Shown: positions 17,174 to 25,405, counted from the stretch's first letter. The stretch: 26,152 nt of DNA from Thermoleophilia bacterium (GCA_045403035.1 JAXIPH010000141.1:1-26152), one strand, 5' to 3'. Translations and numbers: made by a program. Notes: a model not told the origin generated them from the letters alone.

Positions 17174-17787
17174 GCCGACGCCGCCTGGGTGTCGATGCTC
17201 TCCCACGTGCCCGGCCGCTGGGCGAGCGCCGGGTGCGAGACGAGTAGGTGCCACACGACCGCCTGGAAGGCCTCCGTATGCGGCGTGAGGCGCTCCGGCG
17301 GCGCGCCCGTGACGACGACGCAGACGTCGGCGAGCTGCGCGGTGACCCCGTCCGGCCGTCCCACCACGCCGAGGACGCCGGCTCCCACCTCGCGGGCGAG
17401 CTCGACCGCGTTCACCAGGCTCATGCTGATGCCGTGCTCTCGGGATCCGCCGCCGACCGAGAGGATCAGGAGAGCGTCCTCGGCCCGGAGGCGCGACCCG
17501 CGCAGCCAGTTCGAGTAGGCGACGTCCCATCCCTCGTCGTTGACCCTGGCGGTGAGCTCGGAGACGTTGTCGCTCGGCGCGTAGCTCTCCAGATCGCAGA
17601 TCTTGCGGAAGTCATTGACCGCATGCGAGGCGTGCCCCGCACCCCCTCCGGCGCCCAGGATGAAGAGTCGTCCGCCGCCGTCGCGCACCCGGGCAAGCCG
17701 GTGTGCCATGGCCTCGATCGTGGACGTGTCCAGCGACCCCGCGATGTCGCGAACCTCCGCGAGGTACGTTTCGGAGAAGGTTGGTAT
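17170..17787 (-). CDS. gmhA: SIS-domain phospho-sugar isomerase (GmhA/LmbN-like)
   Basis: RLFILGAGGGAGHASHAVNDFRK, LTARVNDEG, C-terminal VVWHLL. The frame is open only to TAG 17797-17799. The SIS-like N-terminal helix (TFSETYLAEV) begins after ATA 17787, and the first ATG (17709) would truncate it. Confidence 0.85.
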   Translation of the reverse strand: MPTFSETYLAEVRDIAGSLDTSTIEAMAHRLARVRDGGGRLFILGAGGGAGHASHAVNDFRKICDLESYAPSDNVSELTARVNDEGWDVAYSNWLRGSRLRAEDALLILSVGGGSREHGISMSLVNAVELAREVGAGVLGVVGRPDGVTAQLADVCVVVTGAPPERLTPHTEAFQAVVWHLLVSHPALAQRPGTWESIDTQAASA

Positions 17788-17793
17788 CGCCCG

Positions 17794-17802
17794 ACGCTAC
17801 CA
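17794..17802 (-). promoter_or_regulatory. Extended -10 (TG-G-TAGCGT) 6 nt upstream of the gmhA-like ATA; leaderless-type promoter
   Basis: Matches TGnTAnnnT. Its spacer CGGGCG is nearly identical to the TACCCT-CGGGCC-ATG arrangement at 23456-23470. Confidence 0.6.
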
Positions 17803-17858
17803 GTTGAATGGGCGGCCCTCGCGCCGCCCCGGCGCGCGGAACATCCATCCTGGTCATC

Positions 17859-17864
17859 GGGAGG
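17859..17864 (+). promoter_or_regulatory. Shine-Dalgarno GGGAGG 5 nt before CTG 17870
   Basis: cGGGAGGcaacgCTGaacgag. Confidence 0.65.
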
Positions 17865-17869
17865 CAACG

Positions 17870-18697
17870 CTGAACGAGCTCGACGGGCGCCGCATCGTGG
17901 TGCTGGGCGGGACCGGTGGGATCGGTGCTGCGAGCGTGGCGGCTCTGCGGGCGCGCGGCGCCTCGGTGCTCACCACCGGGCGCGACCCCGAGCGCCTGCG
18001 CGCGCTGGGGGACGAGGGCGTCGCGACACTCCGGCTGACGCTGGGCGATGCCGGCGCGGCCGGCGAGTTGGCCGCGGCCGTCGATCGGGAGCTGGGAGGG
18101 ATCGACGCCCTGGTCGCGTCGTCCGGGGGCTACGGCCCCATCGGCCGGACCCGCTCGGTGGACCTCGCCGCCCTGCGCGCGTCCCTCGACGCGAACCTCC
18201 TCGGCATCCTCGAGTGCGTGCAAGCCCTGGCTCCGGCCCTCGACCGGGGGCGCGACCCCTCAATCGTCCTGCTCTCGGGTGGCGGCGCGACGGCGCCGCT
18301 TCCGAACTACGCCGCCTACTCCATCGCGAAGGTCGCGACCGTCCGCCTGGCGGAGACCCTCGCCCTCGAGGAGCCCGGCTGGCGGGTGAACGCCGTGGCC
18401 CCGGGATTCGTCGCGACCCGGATCCACGACGCGACCAGGGACGCCGGGCCCGAGGCGGCGGGCGGGATGTACGCGGACACCGAGCGCCAGACCGAGAGGG
18501 CGGTCCCGCCCGAGCGGGCCGCCGAGCTGATCGCGTTCCTCGTGGGGTCGGAGGCGGCGGGCATCACCGGACGGCTGATCAGCGCCATCTGGGATCCCTG
18601 GCGCGAGGAGGACGGCCGCAGGGTTCTGCGCGAGCACCCCAGCTTCGGGCGCCTGCGCCGCGTCGACGGCGACCGCGTCGTGGACACGACCGTCTGA
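17870..18697 (+). CDS. Classical SDR (ketoreductase) family oxidoreductase (275 aa)
   Basis: VLGGTGGIG, LLSGGGA, YSIAK (YxxxK), VNAVAPG. Start inferred at CTG 17870; the alternative TTG 17804 has no SD. Confidence 0.85.
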   Translation: MNELDGRRIVVLGGTGGIGAASVAALRARGASVLTTGRDPERLRALGDEGVATLRLTLGDAGAAGELAAAVDRELGGIDALVASSGGYGPIGRTRSVDLAALRASLDANLLGILECVQALAPALDRGRDPSIVLLSGGGATAPLPNYAAYSIAKVATVRLAETLALEEPGWRVNAVAPGFVATRIHDATRDAGPEAAGGMYADTERQTERAVPPERAAELIAFLVGSEAAGITGRLISAIWDPWREEDGRRVLREHPSFGRLRRVDGDRVVDTTV

Positions 18698-19938
18698 TGC
18701 GCGTGGTGGTCATGGGCGCGTGGCACCTCGGTGCCGTCGCGACCGCCGTCGTCGCGGGCTGGGATCGTGCGGTGGAGGTGTGGGACCGGGATCCGCGCGT
18801 CCGGGCCGAGCTGGCCGCGGGCCGACCCCTGGTTGACGAGCCCGGGCTCGCCGAGGGCCTCGCGTCCGCCGCAGACCGGATACGGGTCCAGCTGTCCGAG
18901 GCGCCCGAGCTGGGAGAGGCCGACGTGGTGCTCGTGGCCTACGACACCCCGGTCGATGAGCACGACCGGCCCGATCTCTCCCCCATCCGTGAGGCGGTGG
19001 GCTTCGCGGCGGGCGGCGCGCGCCCCGGCGCGCTGGTCCTGCTCCACAGCCAGCTCCCGCTCGGGACCGCCGCCGCGCTGCGGGCGGCGCTCGACGGGCG
19101 GGGGCGGACGGACCTGCTGCTCGCGGTGACCCCCGAGAACCTGCGCCTGGGACAGGCGATGGCCGACTTCGCCCGGCCGCGGGCGCTCGCGGTGGGTGCC
19201 GACGACCCGGCGGCGGCGGCGGCGGCGCGGGAGTTCTGGGCGCCGACCCGGGTCGACGTGGAGGTGGTGAGCCCCGCCACCGCGGAGCTGTCCAAGCACG
19301 TCATCAACGCGACCCTCGCCACCTGCACGGCCCTCGGCAACGAGCTCTCGGACGTGGCGGCCTCGAGCGGCGCCGACGCCACGGCCGCCGCCCGGCTGGC
19401 CAAGCGCGATCCCCGGCTCGCGTCGCTGCCGCTGCTGCCGGGCATGCCGTTCGGCGGCGGGACGCTGGCGCGCGACCTGGGCGTCCTGGCCGACCGCGGC
19501 GGCGAGGGTTCGCTGGCGGCGGCCGTGCGGAGGGCGAACGCCGGACGGCTGGACCGGCTCGCCGGGCGCATCGCCGAGGCCGGCGGCCCCGTGGCCGTGC
19601 TCGGTCTGACCTACAAGCCCGGCACCTCGACGCTGCGCCGCTCCATGGCGTTGGAGCTGGCGGCCCGGATCGCGGACCTCGGGATGGACGTGCGGGCGCC
19701 CGATCCCCACGCTCACGAGGACGACCCCGCGCTGTCGGGGCCCGGCGCGCCGGCGCTCCACGGCCGCGACGGGGCTCTGGACGGCGCGGCGACGGGCGTG
19801 GTGGCCACCGCCCATCCGGAGTTCCGCGGGATCGACCCCGCCGCAGTGCGGGCTTTTGGCGCCGGAACCGTGATCGACCTCGTCGGGGGCCTCGACCCCC
19901 GCCGCAACTGGTCCGGACTCGACGTGCAGGGCCCCTGA
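18697..19938 (+). CDS. UDP-glucose/GDP-mannose dehydrogenase-family protein lacking the catalytic Cys (LmbL-like family; 413 aa)
   Basis: ATG lies in a TGATG overlap. GAWHLG, DTPVD, PENLRLG, AELSKHVIN, VLGLTYKPGT. GGGTLARD replaces the canonical GGSC(L/F)PKD. Confidence 0.85.
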   Translation: MRVVVMGAWHLGAVATAVVAGWDRAVEVWDRDPRVRAELAAGRPLVDEPGLAEGLASAADRIRVQLSEAPELGEADVVLVAYDTPVDEHDRPDLSPIREAVGFAAGGARPGALVLLHSQLPLGTAAALRAALDGRGRTDLLLAVTPENLRLGQAMADFARPRALAVGADDPAAAAAAREFWAPTRVDVEVVSPATAELSKHVINATLATCTALGNELSDVAASSGADATAAARLAKRDPRLASLPLLPGMPFGGGTLARDLGVLADRGGEGSLAAAVRRANAGRLDRLAGRIAEAGGPVAVLGLTYKPGTSTLRRSMALELAARIADLGMDVRAPDPHAHEDDPALSGPGAPALHGRDGALDGAATGVVATAHPEFRGIDPAAVRAFGAGTVIDLVGGLDPRRNWSGLDVQGP

Positions 19939-19958
19939 GGACCGCTCACACGTCCCCG

Positions 19959-19972
19959 ATGCCGGCATCGCG
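19959..19972. repeat. Perfect 14-bp palindrome CGATGCCGGCATCG in a convergent intergenic gap (possible bidirectional terminator hairpin)
   Basis: Exact self-complement between stops 19938 (+) and 19999 (-). No U-tract. Confidence 0.5.
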
Positions 19973-19998
19973 ACCACGATCCGAGAGGCTCGCTTTCC

Positions 19999-21312
19999 CT
20001 ACGCGCCGATCGGTTGGACCGGGGGCGTCGGCGCGAGGGTGGCGTCGGCGGCCCTGCCACCCTGGTCGGCGGCCGCCACCCGGCTGACCGCGATCCCCAG
20101 CGAGCGGACATCGGACGATTCGGCGGACAGCAGGTCGGGCCGGAAGGGCTCCCGAGTGTCGAGGGTGATCTCGACGAGGTCGCCCGCGGTCGCGGGGACG
20201 CCGGCGAGCACGAGGTCGTGCCAGGCTCCCGGCGCCACCCCGAGGACCACGGACGAGCGCGGCCCGTCGGGCGGGCGGCGCGCCGAAACCTCGACCACGC
20301 ACGGTCGGAGCAGGGCCGCGGGGCCGGACCAGAGCGTCATCTCGAGCGCCGGGGCATCGCAGGGTGCACGGAGGTGGAGCTGCGCCCGCTCCCCGCTCCA
20401 GCGGACCTGCCGATCCCCCCAGTCCTCGAGCTGGTGCCACCCGACGCCTCCCTGCCGATGGCACGTCTCGCCCGGCACGTATTCCGGCGACGAAACCTCG
20501 CCGAGGACGTAGACGTTCCAGTGGTGGTGCCACAACGGCCGCTCGGGATGCTCGAGCCAAGCGTTCTCGACGTCCCGGTCCCGAACGAGCCCGTGACCGG
20601 TGAACAGGGACGTCCACCAGTCGTAGCCCGCCAGCGTGAGGTGTCCATGGTGGGGTCGTCCGTCGGGAGCGATGACGATCTGGGAGAAGCGCCGCCCCGC
20701 CAGCGCGTCGGCCCGCCAGCTCGGGTGGTCGAGCGGTAGCCCGGCGCGACCCGGCCAGTTGGGTCCGAAGCTCGGGGTCGTCACCACGATCGGCCCGCGC
20801 GCGACGCGCTTCATCTCATCGACGCAGCGGTGAACCATTGCGACGGGAAGGTGCTCGAGCACCTCCATGCAGAGCACCAGGTCGAACGCATCGGCGTCGA
20901 ACGCGTCGAGCGCGGTGACGTCCATTTGGCGCAGGTAGGGCCGTGCATCATCGGGCGCCAGCCGCAGGAAGGCCTCCGAGAAGTCGCATCCCGCGGCATC
21001 GACGCCGCGGCGGCGGAGAGCCACGACGAGCTGGCCCAGGCCGCACCCGACGTCGAGAACCGTTGCAGGGGCGAACGTCTCCACGATGGCCGCAGCCATG
21101 GCTTCCTGGGCAGCGCTCACCGTCGTCGTCCCGAGACTCGGTGCGTAGGCGTCTCCGTAGAACTCCGGAGTGAGCACCTGCCCCTCGTAGATCTCGATGA
21201 TCTCCGCATCCGAGAGGGGCTCGCTCAAACGGTACGAATCAGCCTCCGAGCCGGGGGCGTCTTCCATCGATCGGCGGCGCCCAGCCACGAGTCCCCGGAG
21301 TCGCTTCCGCAT
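19999..21312 (-). CDS. Class I SAM methyltransferase with C-terminal beta-rich domain (437 aa)
   Basis: VLDVGCGLG, CDFSE, FDLVLCMEVLEHL, GHLTL..YDWW; C-terminal GWHQLE...RWSG. Confidence 0.85.
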   Translation of the reverse strand: MRKRLRGLVAGRRRSMEDAPGSEADSYRLSEPLSDAEIIEIYEGQVLTPEFYGDAYAPSLGTTTVSAAQEAMAAAIVETFAPATVLDVGCGLGQLVVALRRRGVDAAGCDFSEAFLRLAPDDARPYLRQMDVTALDAFDADAFDLVLCMEVLEHLPVAMVHRCVDEMKRVARGPIVVTTPSFGPNWPGRAGLPLDHPSWRADALAGRRFSQIVIAPDGRPHHGHLTLAGYDWWTSLFTGHGLVRDRDVENAWLEHPERPLWHHHWNVYVLGEVSSPEYVPGETCHRQGGVGWHQLEDWGDRQVRWSGERAQLHLRAPCDAPALEMTLWSGPAALLRPCVVEVSARRPPDGPRSSVVLGVAPGAWHDLVLAGVPATAGDLVEITLDTREPFRPDLLSAESSDVRSLGIAVSRVAAADQGGRAADATLAPTPPVQPIGA

Positions 21313-21320
21313 GGGGAGCG

Positions 21321-21326
21321 AGTCTA
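21321..21326 (-). promoter_or_regulatory. Putative -10 TAGACT, 8 nt before ATG 21312 (no SD)
   Basis: TAnnnT in the 39-nt gap after gmd. Confidence 0.45.
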
Positions 21327-21351
21327 GTCGGGTCGGGTCTCCGGCCGCGCC

Positions 21352-23273
<1,922 letters not shown>

Positions 23274-23281
23274 GGGCGATG

Positions 23282-23287
23282 AGGCTA
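23282..23287 (-). promoter_or_regulatory. Putative -10 TAGCCT, 8 nt before the rmd GTG (no SD)
   Basis: TAnnnT directly upstream of the start. Confidence 0.45.
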
Positions 23288-23316
23288 CCGGACGGGGGGC
23301 GGGGCGCGACTCAAAC

Positions 23317-23404
23317 GCCGGCGTCGGATCGCCTCCTGGGGGGTCTCGCCGCAGCGGCGGCCCCTGGCGCCCGTGGATCCATGCTGCTCTCAACCGACGC
23401 CGGC
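23317..23404. repeat. 11-bp perfect inverted repeat (GCCGGCGTCGG / CCGACGCCGGC) enclosing 66 nt in the divergent intergenic region
   Basis: Arms at 23317-23327 and 23394-23404. Confidence 0.6.
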
Positions 23405-23455
23405 TGAAGTTGTGTGGGTTTTCGGAGGATCCTTCCGATCCCCGCCGCCCGGCAC

Positions 23456-23461
23456 TACCCT
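23456..23461 (+). promoter_or_regulatory. Putative -10 TACCCT, 6 nt before ATG 23468 (leaderless-type)
   Basis: TACCCT-CGGGCC-ATG, with TTCCGA 17 nt upstream as a weak -35. Confidence 0.55.
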
Positions 23462-23467
23462 CGGGCC

Positions 23468-23908
23468 ATGCGCTGGATCCGCCGCCTCGCCGTGATCTGC
23501 GCGCTGGGCGCCCTCGTCACGACGGGCGCCGGCGCCGCGCTGGCCACCTCGCCCCTCGACATCTACACCGACTACGCCGACGACGGCGTGGTCGACGGGC
23601 ACTACAGCACCGGCGACCTGCGGGAGGCGCTGGCCCGGACGCGGGGGGACGCGAACTACGGCGCCTTCGCCGACGCGGTGCAGAACGCCCTCGACCAGCA
23701 GCTTCTGGGGGCCCGGCCGTCGGGCTCGCGCCGCAGCGCCGGAATCGTCGTGCCCGCGGCGACGCCGGCCTCCGAGGAGCTGCCCGAGCCGCGCAAGCCC
23801 GACGAGAACGAGGGACCGCCCTGGCCGTTCCTGGCGCTCACGGGGCTCGGGGGGGCGCTCGTCCTGACCGGCGCGGGCAGCTCGCTCTACCGGCGCACCC
23901 GCCGCTGA
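23468..23908 (+). CDS. Small secreted, C-terminally membrane-anchored protein (146 aa)
   Basis: Signal peptide MRWIRRLAVICALGALVTTGAGAALA, acidic domain, Pro/Ala linker, LPEP, a TM helix and an RRTRR tail. Confidence 0.8.
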   Translation: MRWIRRLAVICALGALVTTGAGAALATSPLDIYTDYADDGVVDGHYSTGDLREALARTRGDANYGAFADAVQNALDQQLLGARPSGSRRSAGIVVPAATPASEELPEPRKPDENEGPPWPFLALTGLGGALVLTGAGSSLYRRTRR

Positions 23909-23934
23909 CCGCCTCCCGCGCGGGCACGAGCCGA

Positions 23935-23969
23935 TAGGCTCCGGCGGCTCCGTCGTCCCGATCCGAGGT
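23935..23969 (+). promoter_or_regulatory. Putative -10 TAGGCT (inside hairpin GAGCC-GATA-GGCTC, 23928-23941) and SD GAGGT (23965-23969) for the malic-enzyme-like gene
   Basis: SD lies 7 nt before ATG 23977. The -10 call is weak. Confidence 0.35.
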
Positions 23970-23976
23970 ACCGCCG

Positions 23977-25392
23977 ATGTCCCACGCCAACTACTCCCTC
24001 AGCGTCCGCGCCGCCATCCCGGCGAAGGTCGGAATGCTCGGGCGGGTACTCGGCGCGATCGGGGACGCCGGCGCTCAGGTTGGGGGCGTTGACATCATCC
24101 GCTCGAGCTCCGACGCGGTCACGCGCGACATCTCGGTCTACGCCCGCGACGAGGCCCACGGCGAGGAGATCCGGGCCGCGGTCGAGGCCGTCGAGGGCGT
24201 GGTGGTGGAGTCGGTCTTCGACCGGGTCTTCCTGTCGCACGCCGGCGGCAAGGTGGGCATGCGGAACCGGGTGCCGGTGGCCTCCCGCGACGACCTCTCG
24301 ATGGCCTACACGCCGGGCGTCGCCCGCGTCTGCATGGCCATCCACCACGACTTCGCGCAGGCCTGGGACTACACGATCAAGGGCAACAGCGTGATGGTGG
24401 TGAGCGACGGCAGCTCGGTGGTGGGCCAGGGCGACCTGGGGACGCTGGCGTCGCTGCCGGCCCTCGAGGGCAAGTGCGTCTTCCTGCGCAAGCTGGCGGG
24501 GATCGACGCGTTCCCGCTGCCGGTGGACCTTCGCGATCCCGCCGAGATCGCCGAGGCCGTGGCGCTCTGCTCGTCGGTGTTCGCCGGCATCCACCTGAGC
24601 GACATCTCCGCGCCGCGCTGCTTCGAGGTTCAGCGGCTGCTGGACGAGCGCCTGGACATCCCGGTGTTCCACGACGACCAGCAGGGCACGGCCGCGGCGG
24701 TGCTGGCCGCGCTCTCCAACGGCCTCTCGGTGGCCGGGAAGCGCCTCGCCGATGCGTCGGTGGTGGTCGCCGGCCTCGGGCCGGGCGGCCAGGCCGTGGT
24801 GCGGCTGCTGGTGGCCGCCGAGGTGGGCCGCGTGGTCGCCTGCGACAGCCAGGGCGCCGTGCACGCCGGCCGCGCAGACCTGGAGGGCGATCTCGCCTGG
24901 GTGGCCGCCAACACCAACCCCGACGGGGTGACGGGGGACGCCGCCTCCGCGCTGAGGGGCGCCGACGCCTTCCTGGGCCTCTCGACCCCCGGGCTCCTGT
25001 CGGCCGGCCACGTCCGCGCGATGGCCCCCGACCCGGTGGTGCTGGCGCTGGCGATGCCCGACCCGGAGATCCTCCCCGAGGAGGCCGCGGGCGTGGCGCG
25101 CGTCTACGCCACCGGCCGTCCCGACGTGCCGAACCAGATCAACTCGGGGCTCGCGTCGCCGGGGATCTGGCGCGGCGCCCTCGACTGCCGGGCCACCGAG
25201 ATCAACCAGGCCATGACCCTCGCCGCCGCCACGGCCATCGCCGAGACCGCGGCGGAGGACAGCGGGCTCTCGGAGGTCAACGTGGTGCCCTCGATCTTCA
25301 ACGCCCACCTCGTGCCCAACGTCGCGGCCGCCGTGCGCGCCGCCGCCGAGGCCACCGGGGTCGCCCGCGTCTCCCTGGGCCTCGCCTCCTAG
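23977..25392 (+). CDS. ACT-domain + malic enzyme-family protein with degenerate active-site motifs (471 aa)
   Basis: N-terminal ACT-like domain, AYTPGVA, LEGK, AGIDAFP, SAPRCFE, PVFHDDQ, ATGR..PNQIN. Confidence 0.85.
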   Translation: MSHANYSLSVRAAIPAKVGMLGRVLGAIGDAGAQVGGVDIIRSSSDAVTRDISVYARDEAHGEEIRAAVEAVEGVVVESVFDRVFLSHAGGKVGMRNRVPVASRDDLSMAYTPGVARVCMAIHHDFAQAWDYTIKGNSVMVVSDGSSVVGQGDLGTLASLPALEGKCVFLRKLAGIDAFPLPVDLRDPAEIAEAVALCSSVFAGIHLSDISAPRCFEVQRLLDERLDIPVFHDDQQGTAAAVLAALSNGLSVAGKRLADASVVVAGLGPGGQAVVRLLVAAEVGRVVACDSQGAVHAGRADLEGDLAWVAANTNPDGVTGDAASALRGADAFLGLSTPGLLSAGHVRAMAPDPVVLALAMPDPEILPEEAAGVARVYATGRPDVPNQINSGLASPGIWRGALDCRATEINQAMTLAAATAIAETAAEDSGLSEVNVVPSIFNAHLVPNVAAAVRAAAEATGVARVSLGLAS

Positions 25393-25405
25393 GGGGAGCC
25401 GGGGC

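Noticed and set aside
17810-17829. GGGCGG-N8-CCGCCC inverted repeat in the divergent promoter gap
   Set aside because: The 6-bp all-GC arms are not significant without conservation data, though the position would suit an operator.
18697-19938. Annotation as a standard UDP-glucose 6-dehydrogenase (ugd)
   Set aside because: The catalytic Cys and the KST Thr are absent, so the family is supported but the function is not.
8988-19938. An actual lincosamide antibiotic gene cluster
   Set aside because: The window shows no aminotransferase, adenylation/carrier protein, thiol-transfer or resistance genes. The context is envelope glycosylation.
23294-23343. Two C6 runs on the - strand suggesting an actinobacterial 6C RNA
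   Set aside because: The runs are 38 nt apart and are not in the loops of adjacent hairpins as 6C RNA requires.
23780-23794. Sortase LPxTG signal
   Set aside because: The sequence is LPEPR with no TG, so a canonical sortase substrate is not supported. It is kept only as an atypical tail.
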